Below, in pieces: positions 12,679-26,085 of a stretch of DNA of 64,000 nucleotides. The stretch comes from Takakia lepidozioides (Eukaryota > Plantae > Bryophyta). The stretch's first letter is position 1, and every line of letters starts with the position of its first letter. The notes under the pieces were generated by a model. The model was not told where the DNA came from. It searched no databases and worked only from the letters and a program-made list of their open reading frames with translations. A program made the position numbers and the translations under genes. The stretch lies in NCBI GenBank assembly GCA_030704615.1, contig CM060734.1, positions 49,414,001 through 49,478,000 on the forward strand, read 5' to 3'.

Positions 12679-14636
12679 GTTTTACCTGAAAAAATAAAGC
12701 AATATAAGCTCAACCATTCTTCCCATACTGATCCATCATCTATCTACAGTTCACAAACATCCAGAGACCAGGGTCTTTGGTTTGCTGAACAGGCTATGTG
12801 CAGCAATTAAGGGACAGCTGAGGAGCCTATCATAGACTACGAGCACCTGGACAACTCACCAGATATGACTTGGCCATACTCCAAAGACATCTACTGTGTG
12901 TCATTGTGGTCATGAGCTGCTGCAAAATTCTGGCTCCTAAAGACCAGTCAGTATTAGGTCTATGGCAAAGTTGCAAAAAAAACACTCGGATGTGCGAAAA
13001 TTCATCACAAAGTGACAAGCACATCATCCTGCAGGGCCAGCGACCTGGCAAGGCAATTGCTGAAACATACTGCCTTCCATCTCTAAGGAGGGATTTGTAT
13101 GTTGAAACAATAAGTTCATCATTTGTGGGAACAGTAGCAGTAGATCTGAAAATCTGCTTTTTAAATTAAACTTTAGAAATGAAATCTCAGACGCTTGCGA
13201 TGAATTCAGTTCCTTGTGGTCAAGTGAAAAACCACCAACTATGCCACTGGATATCCTTAGTCTTCTATTCAGTAAAGCTGCAATCTTTTGAATCAGCTAA
13301 ATAACAGAGCTTGTTAAAAGAAGAGTTTCCAACGACTCAGGCAGAAAAAATTGGCAGGGTCCAACAGCTATCCTCCTATTAGTATTAAACCAGCTCCGGG
13401 CTCTTGCGCTGATCCAAACACAGAATTGACTTTCTTTCAGAACTGATGAATGTTGAGCACAGTGCTAAGGTCTTAACATTTAGGAGATATGGTCTAAAAA
13501 GAAAGCACCTAATACTTTAGGCTCAATAAGTGATCCGCACATCTAAGAGAAGCTAAGAATAAAGGCACCTGCAAAACTCAAACAGCTAAAACACTTCAAC
13601 AGCATTGACTTTTCCAGTCAGTATGCATTCTTTGAAGCAAGAGCTCTCCTGACAAGGAATCAATGTACAAATAAGTTGCAATTGCTTTGCCATAAGATAA
13701 ATCTGTAGCCTTCCAGCCATGGACCCCGCAGAAGACAACCCCTCTCACTTCAACCTTAGTTTCAAATGGCATACCTATCCCATGTGCTAGATTGCGTTCA
13801 GAGGAGATCCCAAAAGGAATTATGGAACATTTCTCCCAAAACTTTGCCATGGCATCACGTAAACAGAAGATTTCTACCACAAAAGTCAAAAAGAGGGAGG
13901 AGGATCCTCAAGCACACCTCATGTTTTCCGAGATTCCTTTAGTGAGAGTGGATAGCCATTATTATTAATGAGTGGCAAGTACTCCACTCACTAAACTCAC
14001 TCCTGCTCGCTTACAACATGCACCGCCTAGTTGTCAAAAGCCCTTCACATAATCCAACGAAACTAAAAGTAATCTAGTCCCTTCTACTCTTCCTCACGGT
14101 TCACAACATACATCATACATGATGCTGCCTTCCTCTTTCTCTTCTTCGCTAACAAAAGCGCACACAAACTCAAGAGCAAATTCTCCCCGTAGGTCCTTAT
14201 CTCGCAGAATCTAAAGCCAACGCCCTGAAGACTCTAGCTGCGAGATTGAAACTTGCAACGCTGCAGATCCTCTTCATCTGCTAAGCTTCTCAATCACTGA
14301 TTCTTTTGACTTTCAAACTCTTAAACCCACTGATCGATGACCCATCTAACTCAAATAAGACCTATCATTCTCTCTTTCCCCCAACCTCGAAAGTGTGAAG
14401 AGCCCAGCTATCGCTCGCACAATCACCCTCTTTCAATATCGAAATCTCTCACTTTCATGCTTACCCCGGCCACTAAAGGCAAGCTTATAAACATATGGTA
14501 AGAGATACAACAGAAGGAGAAGAACTACCTGTTTGATTTAACACTGGCACGGACCGGATTAGTTCGGATTCCCTGCTCCCTCCTTGGCCTCCCTCTTCCT
14601 CTCTCAAGCCGCGCGTTGCTTCCGAGCTGGCTACAT

Positions 14637-14644
14637 GTATATAT
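14637..14644 (-). promoter_or_regulatory. Putative TATA box of the USP gene
   Basis: TATATA about 110 nt upstream of the 5'UTR-exon donor CAG|GTAGTT at 14529. Confidence 0.4.
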
Positions 14645-16255
14645 CATGGCAGAACCGCATTCATTGCCCTACTGAACAGAATCGCATGCGAATATCTTGA
14701 TTCCCTGCAGCAATTTCTTCACAGTTGCTCTTGTTTCACTCCAAGTTGGCTAACTTAATGTAGTCTCAATGCTCCATTGCATCTTGCTGTCACAAGGGCT
14801 GGGTTTATCTCAATTTTGAAGTTTTGAGTGTATTCTCTTTCTGCCAGTTGAACTTGTGTTTCTGAAAAGTTTGCTCGGTGTGGTCAATGGAGTGATGGAG
14901 TGGCCTTCCATTGGTAGTAGTCCATTCCAAGAAAGTGCTTGCATGGAAATTGCACTAACAACAACTAAGAAGCTTGACTCTTGCTGAAGCAAGCCTACCT
15001 TATGGTGTTACTTCACTCCCAAGGCAATAGCCCTTTGGTGTGGAAGGTGGACTGAAAAGATAACTATACAATGGTTTATTGATTACATCATATGGATCTC
15101 ACCTGTCACTTGAGGGAAAAGCAAAGCTACAAAAAAAGTCTGTCTTCTTCTTCCTCTTTCAGTAAGGAATGGAGCGTGCAGCTCCCAAAGCACAGGAACT
15201 GTTGTAAAGACTTAGTGTCAAATGTTTTCACAAAACTGTTAAACCTATCAACTTTGGAGAGCATCTCATAAGAAGATACTTTCATATCTTGTAAAAGCAA
15301 ACAAGTGAGCTAGAGAGATAGTCTCATGTAATCATTGAAGTAACGCCTTGCTAGCAGAAAAGGAGCTATGGCCTGGTGCCTACCAACGGCCAGTTATAAA
15401 CCTCATGACAGTCTCAGTACATAGTATTACTTTACTTTTCCTCTTTTGGAGCAGAGAGGAACAGCTATAGCTCCTTCACAGCCAACCAACTCATTAGGAG
15501 TGAGTTGTGAGACAAATTGTGAACAGAAACATCCCTTTCTCCCCAAAGGAACTGGTATTAGGGAGCCTTACTTATTGGAAATAGAGCTTTTAAAAAAGTA
15601 CCATTGTTACAGATACGAGCTGCAGGAAGTTGTGTCCTCTAAACAGTCGGTTGGAGGATTCAATCTAATAGGATTCACCCCTTGATAAAAAACCAACACT
15701 GGAATGCAAGGGACCTACTTCTGAGGGCAGGGGGAGACGGAAGCGTCTCATTGACCGTCCCTGTGGTCATTGCTGCACTTGCTTGCCCTGGAGAGGTGAT
15801 GTCTTACCCATTCCTTCTGTGACATTTGTATGACTATGTCTACATACAACACTGGCCATTATTGAACAGGCAACAGAGAGGCATGAGTCAAAACCCATAG
15901 AGAGAGCTGAAGGTTTCTGCCATACCTCATCGTCTTCCCACTTTGCAAATCCTCATGCTCACAGCCTCTTTTTCAAGAACACAGAAAACCATTCTAACTA
16001 TAGGTTTTTCCAATGAAAACATGGAATGTTCTCATGCTCGTACCTGCAACCACACAATTCAGAGGGAGGAGAGATAAGGAAAAAGAGGCATAGTCCCTGC
16101 AGGACATTATGTTGACTGAGTAGCTTGTAGGTTACCCACCAGGATATGAAATACAGAAAACTGCTGTAGTGATGGTCCACATTCAACAACAATGTAGGTG
16201 GAGGATAAAGTATGTGCTGATGTGACAAAATGTTATGAGAGGGACAGAGAGCGAA

Positions 16256-16695
16256 CGTACTCATAAGACATCGTATGCCGTAGCCTTGTGGCCATGGACC
16301 CCGCATCCACTTTGGGTGGAACAAGAGGAAACAGACACTACGTGTGTGAGGGGCTCCAGTAGTAGGACTTACCTTGGTATCAACGATTGGTTCAGGTTTT
16401 CCAGATTTGCTCTAGAAATCCCTTCACACAAGCATCAACCTGCTGTGTGTGAGCTGCCCAGCAATTAGACCCCGGACTTTAGGCTCCGCTTCGAGATTTT
16501 GGAGGTTGGTGAACAGAGAGGTGCAGGGGCTTTGCACTTGATGGTCCTGAAGAGGGTCACTCTCTGATGAGAATACCCCAGACATTGTATCAGAAAATGG
16601 ATGTCTTCAGGCCGCCCACACATTGGGCATTGAATCTCCCTTTCCTCTCTGCATCTGGTTTTGGTTCAAAGGTAGAGTCCCCGCCCTGAATTTAA
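16256..16695 (-). mobile_element. 5'-truncated LINE (family A), ORF2 C-terminal zinc knuckle plus 3' UTR
   Basis: Minus-strand translation KFRAGTLPLN...CPMCGRPEDIHFLIQCLGYSHQRVTLF (CCHC). Ends with the family-A 3' terminus cttatgagtac. Confidence 0.8.
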
Positions 16696-16778
16696 ACTTC
16701 AGTCCAGTGCTGAGGGTAGGTAGGCCAAGAGAGAGAGAGAGAGATTAAAGTATGATGCAACAGAGGTCTTCAAGCATT

Positions 16779-17830
16779 TCATGCCTCCTTGCAAGATGAA
16801 AGAGTATTGTGCCACAGCAAACCCTTGACTCTTCCTCCACCAGACCTGCAAGATCCACACCCTCCTACCTCCATTCCCATAGCCCCCTCTTCCTCCTTTC
16901 CCTCCTTGGCTCCTCGCCCACGGCCACAATTCATTGTAGGCCTGCAATCTGTGTGATTACCCTGGTCTTTGCTAGTCAGAACAGCACACAAGAGATGGAG
17001 TTCACCTGATCGTCTCACTGTATCTTCCCGCACTTTGTCGATGACCTCCAGGTAAGGACCACAAAAACACTCACACAGGATTCAGCAAAGATTAATGAGC
17101 CCGTTTCATGATTGAAAGCACACTCCACGCCCAAGTTGGATTTGGAAAAAGATGGGCAGGGTAACACATGGGCAATGCTGTGATAAAAATACGACGGACT
17201 AAACAGAGAGGGAGGGAGGTGGGTGGTGACGGAGCTCACCTCATCAGGAACACGAAGATATTTAATGGTACTGCCACGGATATAGCATTCAGGAATCCTC
17301 CAAAAGCGATCCCCATCCTACACATTAATAAAACCTCAGCCAATAGTCCAGAACTAAACCTTACTTAGTGGGTGTCTTTCTTCTGTCCATGGCCAAGTGT
17401 CACGAATTCACATCAGCCTCCATGCCAAGAAGCAAAAGAGCATGTCAAGAAGAACAGGGAAATTCCTTTCTTACCAGGAGGAAGAAGGGCATACTCAACT
17501 TGGAAGCAAATGACATCGCAGTTCCATAGACTCAGACCTGGGCGAGAGGAAGGTTTCTGCAAATAACTTCGACTTCCGAGAGCACAATTTAGGGAAGACA
17601 TTGTTCTGGTGTGAGTTTCAGCGGAGAGGGAAGATACAGAGTGGAAAGGGTGCCATTCCGATCAGTGTAGAGAGTGCCACTGCACCTACCAGGTTGCACG
17701 GGATGGATTCTATTGAGCATCGGTCCTTGTGGGAGGACTGAGAGCATACACTCGACAACCAATGGGTTCGATTCTGCTTAGCAAAGCTAGCGTCACAGTA
17801 AGCCATTCCCCATTTTTCGGTTCGTCATAA
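16779..17830 (-). pseudogene. LSM4: LSM4 (Sm-like) intron-retaining pseudogene
   Basis: Exon 17317-17240 encodes [26 protein letters not shown], then [13 protein letters not shown] (~17045-17005) and a decayed RG-rich tail. The upstream pieces (KNGE at ~17810; 'DVIC..SK' at ~17510) carry small deletions. Confidence 0.8.
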
Positions 17831-18382
17831 GCCTCAAGGTCAAACGCATTCACTGAATACGTTTGCCTGGCCTCGAGTCTCCAGGTCAAACGCATGCTGC
17901 ACTACCCTGTCTTCTCCACGGCACTCAATGAGGATATGAAAGCATTCGTATTTGCTTTCAGGAAGTCGATTATGTAGCATGTTCGGACCTTATCCGTGCA
18001 CTGAAGTCGGGAGAACTTAATAGTTCACGACATACTCAATGGGGCAGCCATTAGGGGTGCCAGACGACTAGAAGGTGTGACCTGTGGCACGATCATAAAG
18101 ATGGAAGAGAACATTCACGTGTACACATCACAAACGTGGCAAGAGTCCATAGTTCCAAGGTGTATTCTGTTCCAATAGTCTTATGTCCCATCAAGGGGAT
18201 CCAAGGGACTCAGTCCATTCATAAACAGCAAGGGTGATAACTCCATCATTCAGTAGATTACAAATCTGAGCCAAGTTGGCCGCAGAGGACACCATCAAAC
18301 TTCTTCTTCATCGTTTCTAAATTTCACTTTCGCTAGACTCAGAATGTCCATTGAATTACATTGCGAGATGTATGATTATACT

Positions 18383-20447
18383 TCAGGCGTATTCTGTAGG
18401 ATTCGCTAGCAAGTAGCTTTCAAAAGTCCTTTGGATAAGTGATGCGATTTTGCTGGTCTGCTCTGGGGGTGAGTCCTCGTCTCCAACTGTTTCATATTCT
18501 GCAACCCAGGATGCAGTGGTGGAGGCTCCATCCTCACTAGGAATATACTGAAGTGATGCCTTCATGGATTTGTATTTGGGATCTCCTCCTTTTAGCACAG
18601 TGTATCTTATCGTGTGGGTAGCATCATCGAAGGCATCAACACGCTCCGTCACTTGGCCTCCTTGTGGGAAAGCTGTGCAAGCAATATGTGACCACAATAT
18701 AAGCACTCAAGACCTACCTCAGCACCTTCACTGTCTTTGAAAATGACATAAAACTGCACTAAGCCTGGCACATCCTCATCTGTCGTTCATCTCCCCACAC
18801 TCCCTCCCTTCTTTCTCTAATGTATATCAGTGAGCTCAAATCATGACAAGGCCGTTTCAAACATGGCTGGGGAACAGAACCTCCACTTTTGGACAAACAG
18901 AAGTCAATATTCTTTATCCACAATCTACAGTCTTTTATTGAAACAAGTTGAGGGTTGAGTGACTGCGGATAAAAAAATATCCATCTTATGCATGCAAGCA
19001 AGACTCTCTCATGAAAGGAGGTCCTTATATTGTATATGGCTTGCTTGCATCCATTGCCCCTGTCCACCACATTGTTTTCAGCAAATATTCATACTGAGCT
19101 GAATGCCTCTTGGGGTGAGAACTATGCATGGCAGGCTTGGGCAAAAATCACATAAATCTGGGCACTTCAAGTTCCAACAGGTGCAAGCATGTTAAGCTAC
19201 TCCCTTACATACAGAGATAGTTGTCACAGATATGATATGCATTACTCCGGTCTCTCCAGAGCAGTGCAGAGTAACAATTGACAGGCGCACTGAGCCCAGA
19301 CCCAGATATGACCCCCCTCAGACCCAAGGGGATGATGTAACCTAATCAATGGTCACACTTTTCAGCATGTCTGTTAAGGACTCTGGTGAGGCTTTCCTAA
19401 GAAGTCAACAAAAGCCATTGGGCACTCACAGGCTAAAGAAGCATGCAGATGGGTTTCTATCCAGCGGTGTGAAGAAACTGAACCTTTAAACGCCAAAGCC
19501 AAGACAATCTGGTAACAGGGCATTGACGATTAACAAGATGGTAGACAGCACTGCTGCTCTAGCAGTCATGTTTACATGCAGGCCAACCAAGATGCATAGA
19601 ACCGCTTTGGCATGAATCCATGTCAGATCCTTCGCAGTGGTGGGTATCTATTGTCATGTCCTAATCATTTTTAGTTTGGAGAGAACAAACTCTGTCCATG
19701 TAGACTGAGTGAACTTTATTTTGGACGACCATCATACTAACACTGCTTTGAAGTGAAACCGGGTCTAAGAATTATATGATGGTATCACTCTTTTCCTCCA
19801 TTGCAGGTACAAGAAGTGAGTCCTGATGATACTGGGCTGGCAGATTATGTGCGAAAGACATAATTTGGCCAAATGTGGAGGTATGTGTGTGTATCATTGA
19901 CAGTCAGTCTTGCTAATGTAGAACTGGATTGTGGAATATTCGTTATGTTCAGTGTCTGTTTCTTGAGTGCCTCAGCAGAAAGAGCCCATAGGAAGTGTTG
20001 GAAAATGTCCATGCTACAATTACACTCAGGATATGATTTCTTTTTAGAGCGCCCTAACTACTCCGGGATTCAATAATGCCTTTCTAAGAGTTCCTGAGAA
20101 TGAAAAGGAGGGAAATACACCGAAGTACGGAAAGAGATACTTAAGGAGCTGATGGATGGTGTCAATTACACCCCCAGTTTGCGGTCAGAGGCCCAGAAAA
20201 ATGCAGGGGCTAATTGAAAGTGCACCCTTTCTATAGTGGGCCATAATCAGAAGGAAATTCTCTTACCAGGGCCCATGGTGATCACACGCAACGTTCCAGC
20301 ACCGCCATCGCCCTCCAGGAGCTCAGAACCACCAAAGAGGTCCGGCAGCAGCTTGGGGGCCACAACATCGATCCTTCTAGCCACTTTCCACATGCGCTGG
20401 ATCGGCACTTTGAGATGTACTTGCATTGAGTACGTCCCGGCCACCAT
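18383..20447 (-). CDS. PR-10 / Bet v1 / MLP-like (SRPBCC) protein; exons 20447-20267, 18672-18383
   Basis: Gly-rich loop LEGDGGAGTLR, then ERVDAFDDATHTIRYTVLKGG, C-terminal FESYLLANP. Single phase-1 intron as typical of PR-10. Confidence 0.9.
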
Positions 20448-20964
20448 CGTTAGTTTCTGTAGCCCACTTCCTTAATTATATATCCTGCAAAAGAATGATC
20501 TAGACTAGACTTCGTCTAGTTCTCCACTGCGGATGCTTTGATCTCACAGGCACTCACTGCCCAGATAAAGGATCAGAGGAACTGAGATCTTCGTCCTAAG
20601 AACAAGGTAGAAAGAATCGCAAAGTGTTCCCTTCAACAAGAGAGGATTCTAGGACCTGCAAAGGATGGCTTCTTAAATCGGACCTGCTGCTTGTCGTGGT
20701 GGTCTGGCAGAGTGTTGACAACGTGGGCAACTGTGCAGGCGGCTCTCCACAAGACTGAACCATGGCTGACCAAGCAGGCGAGGTCAACAGTCAAGACTTG
20801 TGTGGAATCCCAACAGAGCCGGATAGCCCTGCGACTTGAGTGGAATATTCTAACAGCATATATAACGATTCTTCAGTTTGAGCAATACGTAGTATACGTT
20901 TTAAGATACGCATATTGTATTTGAATGACATATACGGATTGGGTAGTCATGTACGAGTGACTAG

Positions 20965-21200
20965 ATTTTTATTTTATTTTTGTTTTTTAAGAGGAACTTG
21001 AGGAGGGGGAAAAATTAACCCCCTTTCAATTATGGGCCATGAGACCTACAACGAACAACGCCCAGACTCTGGACTTTGTGACTCCCTTACCAACTCATAT
21101 GCTTGCCGGTTGGAGGTACAACCCTGTACCAGGCGTAACCTTTTGATCTGATACTAGGACTGAAGAGCCTTGAAGGCTGGGCTTCTTCCTCTAATCTTAT
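20965..21200 (-). mobile_element. Possible L1 3' end with A-rich tail
   Basis: T-rich run followed by gaggggg..aaaatt..ccccc, resembling the L1 3' end at ~52100-52200. Confidence 0.35.
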
Positions 21201-21756
21201 TATGCAGTTCTCAGGTAGATGAACACTTGGCAAACCTGGCAAGCATCAAATCGTCACTTAGTTTTTGTGATTGAATGGGGACTGACCCTGTATTAGCATT
21301 GATTTGTCAAGAGGATGGGTGATATGCTGTGGGTGAGGTAGTGCAGTAGGGATTTATACAAGAACAGAGCCGTGAATTTGGTTGGATACATACAATTAAA
21401 ACAAAACAGCAAGGCTGTGGAGTGCCTACAAATGTCAATAGTAAGTATCAGTTGGGAATTCTCAGAAAGTAGAGTGAGGCTTGGACCTGAAGCAATTTGA
21501 CAATTGAGGTTACCAAGGGATGCATGCCACCATGTTTATGGTATGGTGTGAACATGAACATATATAAATGGGTCATATATTCTTTGCCTGGATCACACAA
21601 GCGGAGTTCAAGACATTTGAAGTACAGCTCTAGTCCCAAACTATACATGAACTCCTCTAACATGGCCAATTAACACTGAAACTTGTGGAATTTGAAGGGC
21701 CAAATTGGGTTCGGGTATATTGCATTGCTGATGTAAGAAATTTGTAGATTGTTTTA

Positions 21757-23540
21757 GTGCAAAAAAAAAATCTCTTGGCAGACATCACAACACTAGAAAG
21801 AGCTCATGAGCAAATCCTACAACAAAGTGGGTGCAGAAACCACGAAAATAAGCTGTCAGCAATGGTTCGCGGAGACGGAGGGTCAAGAATAGGTGGACCG
21901 TCAACAATAGATTGGGCGAAGGAGTTGTTTGAGAGGCTCAGAAAATGCAAGCCTCTCAATGCTCCCATCTTTGATGCTAGAAGACAACACGTAGGTAAAA
22001 AGTAGAGAGCCTCCTTCGCCACATTTGACAGATTGTTGTTGCGAAGTGATTTGTATCCCAACCTTGTGCACTTCATCCTTTCTTCGAAGCAACTCTCCCG
22101 AAAGGAGATTATAAGACATACCAAGCCTTGCAGTTGGCCTAGAGACCCCTAGAGACGAAGGAATACCTCCCTAAAGTTATCGTCTGGAATGCTCAACGAT
22201 GGACAACTGGTAGAAATATCTAGACGCCATAGATGTTGGGCACAGTCGGAAATTAATAAGTTCAAGATGGAAAAGAATGGTCCCGAAATGATTGGCATGC
22301 AAGTCCACGAATGCATTATATCCAGTCAACCATCTAGTCGGTTCAATGGAACTGACCCTGTTCAAAGATTGTATCTGTCAATTAGGAGTATGGTCAGTAG
22401 TAAGACTAGTTGTGACCCAGATTGAAGCTATAATTCTTCCTGTTTGTTGTTAGAAAGATCAATCGATATAAGTTCAAAATGAGATGGGGATGAGCCCTGC
22501 GAACTTGTTGATAGAGAGATCAAGGAATACTAACGATTAGAGCAAATTCGGCACAAAAAATGTACTCACATTCCAAGTTATTTGAGAACTACAAAGACTC
22601 ACAGCAGCTTGAAATGGATGGGTGCGCAGAGCTTGTCGACCAAGTTTTAGAGATGTATATTGGAGACGTCGCACCTGCCACTAAGGATGGTTTAATGCTT
22701 GAGGATCTTATTGGTGCAGTCGATGATTCATCTAAGGAGACAACATTCATGAATGCATTGGATGTTGGGAATCGAGATATTATTGAATCCTTGAAGATAG
22801 CCTACAGGCGTTGTGATAATTCAATGCTTGTATCACCGAATCCAATTGTTTCTAGCAGCTCATCGTGGAATGAGGATGATAGGCAGGGACTACTTCAAAT
22901 TCTACACGAAACACAAAACTTATTAGTGGAACAATCGTCGCCACCCTCGCACGAAATGCTAAGCTTTGTGAGTGGCAATCGGGAAGGTTATGGCGAAAAT
23001 TGGAAAGATTATGCCTTTGCGTACATGTACACTTACAGACAATGGTTCCAAAGATTCGACCGTTCATATGGCAGATTATCGTCGAGAAGACAAAGAGTGC
23101 CCAACCTTCTCTTGTGCGATTTCTTTTCCAACTCCAAGATCACCTCAAGTGGCAGGATTCGATTGCATATTACCGTCCACAACGATCCACTACCGAGTTC
23201 ACTTCTCAGCTTCAGAATCAACTCCTCCAAAGTTGTTCCAATTCCTCCATGCTCTGTGCATACTCAACATATACAAGAATGGCAAAATGCACCGGTTCCT
23301 CCCAAAGTGGGAGGGAGAGGGGTAATAAAGCAAGAGAAAAAACCACAAATTAGCAATGGCTCACCTTCTTCGAGGGTCTCCTGGGTGCGAAACATAGCAG
23401 CATCATTTTGCATAACGCTGCATGTCATTGCGAATGCTGGCGGTCGAGAGGTCGCTATTCGAGTAGGGAAGCTTGTCCATGCATGCTCGCTGTACATGGT
23501 TTTCTCACCCGCATCCTTTGGCGGCGCTGCAGGTACGTGA
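21757..23540 (+). other. Intronless orphan reading frames (326-aa ORF 22560-23540 plus stop-broken upstream pieces), function unknown
   Basis: Long open frame with globular-looking composition, preceded by same-strand ORFs 21757-22005 and 22189-22425. No family recognised. Confidence 0.35.
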
Positions 23541-23937
23541 GCCCATGCAGAGATCAGAGCAACATCTTTTGATCGTGTTCCGACTCACTTGAAGATCGGT
23601 ATGTCAAAGCTGAAAAGTAACTAGAACTATAGTTACTTTTACTATTTTTAGTTTATACATTTTGAGGAAAAAGTATGTATATTCTTAGAGCAAAAAGGTG
23701 GCAGGTATCCAGATGTTATGGACACGTGGCGCTCGACTGTTCTCTGCCATTGCCCGTGATCGCTCTTCCCTCTCGCCACTCTTCTCATCATATTTGCCCT
23801 TCTGCGCTGCGCTTTCTTGTTCTCGAGCCCAGTATTCTTGCTCTCTCTTACCCTCTTTGTCGAGCAGGTTGACCTTACCACGTTGATCTCTTTCCAGCAT
23901 TTGTTAGGTCTAGTCTTGCCTACGTAAGTTCCTGGTG

Positions 23938-24468
23938 ATGGTGAAGCGGGACTACATGGCGATTTCCGCCAAGGTTACTACAAGTGGGAGCCTCCATGTA
24001 AAAATCTTCAGGCGTGCAAAGATAAAGTTGGAAGAGGTGGAGGCGGATAATTTCTCTAAGCCTAATGAGCTGGAGCCATTAAAGGGGCATGCGGAGGAGG
24101 TTATGGGGTTGAAGGAGAACTTGGGGAATCTTAAGGAGGGTGTGAAGCCCAAGTCCCGCCCAGAGATGAAGTGCTTCAGAAAGGTGGAATCTGCAGGCAG
24201 ATGCGAAGCACATGAATCGAGCTTGAAAAGGCAGGTGGAGGAGGTGATGGGGTTGAAGGAGACAGCGAAGCCTGAGGCGGGAATGACATCGATTCAGGAG
24301 AAAATGAGGGCCAGCGCATTGAAGCTACGGAGAGGGTATCAGCACCATCTCGACCTCAAGCACGCTAGTAAACTTCTGGATCTGGAGGAAGTTAAGAAGC
24401 AAAGTTGTTGCCATGATGGCAAGACTAGAGTGTACAACAGGCCATTCAAGGGGTCGAGAAGGCTGTAA
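23938..24468 (+). CDS. Intronless ORF with a C-terminal motif like plant MED26/TFIIS-N proteins (possible gene fragment)
   Basis: EKMRASALKLRRGYQHHLDLKHASKLLDLEEVKKQ resembles the 'K.EA.KRKL.E.YQ...AKKQRTIQV.....PK' tail. Internal duplication EEVMGLKE x2. Confidence 0.3.
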   Translation: MVKRDYMAISAKVTTSGSLHVKIFRRAKIKLEEVEADNFSKPNELEPLKGHAEEVMGLKENLGNLKEGVKPKSRPEMKCFRKVESAGRCEAHESSLKRQVEEVMGLKETAKPEAGMTSIQEKMRASALKLRRGYQHHLDLKHASKLLDLEEVKKQSCCHDGKTRVYNRPFKGSRRL

Positions 24469-26085
24469 CTTACATCTACAGCACATTCGCAGTATTGATC
24501 TGGTTCAGATACACTTTATGACCTTGGAATAGATCTACCCTCAGTCTTTAACTTTTTCTTGCGAACATGGCTCTATAATATTGGTGAGGTTGCTTAGGGG
24601 TGGTAGTCTAGATTTACCAGTGGCCTCCCTAGTTCGTTTCTCCGGAACAATACGTCGCTGCGGGTAGGCAAGGATATTCCCATTGAAGTCCATAGAGTTT
24701 CTTGCTTCGGAGGGTAAACTCCAGATGATCTACTGAACTAGTGTTCTAGTGGAACTTAGCTCCTATCAGCTTCCCTTCGTTGGACAAAATCGCAGGAGCT
24801 GTCTCAGACATGATGCCTCTACAACTTGGCACCCATCATACCTGTTGAAGAAGATCGCAGTCAATCGAGGCCAATTTTTCTAAACTGTAGATATCTAGAA
24901 CTGAGATCCAATTTAACTTACAGGACAAATTTCAAGACTCTTCCAAGAGGTCCTCATCTGTCTCATTAGTGAATGTTGAAAACTAGCTCTCAGTCCCTTA
25001 TCAAAGATCCGCTTGCAAGAGACATGTGTGTATATTATATTCCTGCCCTCGATTTTCTCCAAACAATTGTAGCTGCATTTCCTCAAAAACTGGGGTTCTG
25101 ACTTGAACAAAGGATTCCGTGTGTTGGAGCCGGAACCTCAGAGATCGGATTGTCTCATGTGAATAATTATGAAAGTTTTGGGTTTGTATTATGTGCAATG
25201 GATTCGGAGGGTTTTTCTCTGTAATTTGTTTGTATGATGTGTTTCTTAGTCATTTTCGAGGGTAGTATGCCACGGATTTGCGGGAGGGTTTTGCTCTGTA
25301 ACATTTATCCGGAGCGCAGTAAGAGGGAGGTGTTGTGGTCTCGTACACAATGAAAGGGACTACTACGACTAATCGACCCTGTGGTCGTCTACCGGGGGCC
25401 AAGGTTTGAAATTTGCCATTGGTTATGGCCAGAAACTGTGGAGGTCCTTGGATGTAATGCAAGATGAGAGGGAGTAAGCAATTTTTGTTTTTAGGATTGG
25501 AGGCAAGTGGCCTCTTTTGAGACTGCATGGCATTGCACCTTGGTTTCAATCCTACAAAACTAGTTCCAAAATAGCATATCCGTAAACAAAGCATTTTGTC
25601 CTGATTTTTGGTGGATAACTTACTTGACATTTCTCCCACCGATTCTGATAATGGGGGAAACACCTACAAAAAAATCAAATGAACATTCAAATTGGTTCAG
25701 GTCAAAAACTAAAATAAATAGAATATCCCCATACACTGAATTTCGATGTGTATATGGGTATGGTACAATTTTTTTTTATGAGGGTAGGCTCAAATTATTG
25801 GGCAGAGGTAGTCAAATTCAGGTATAAAATTTGCAGTATGCTGGCAATTCTGAAGGGTTAAGAGAGAGAGTGATGACTACTGCCGAGGCCGGCATAACTC
25901 AAAGCCACTTCATCTTACGACGGCTGTCCTGGGTTAAAAAAACAATATTTGCTAATTTGCCAGAAGACAAGCTATTTGACACAGCAATCCACCTTACACA
26001 TCTGCAATATACTCTGTATGTAAAACCCAATGAAAGCCTTAGACACACCTGGAAGATTGGATCAGGGTATCTGCTGCTCTCCCCC

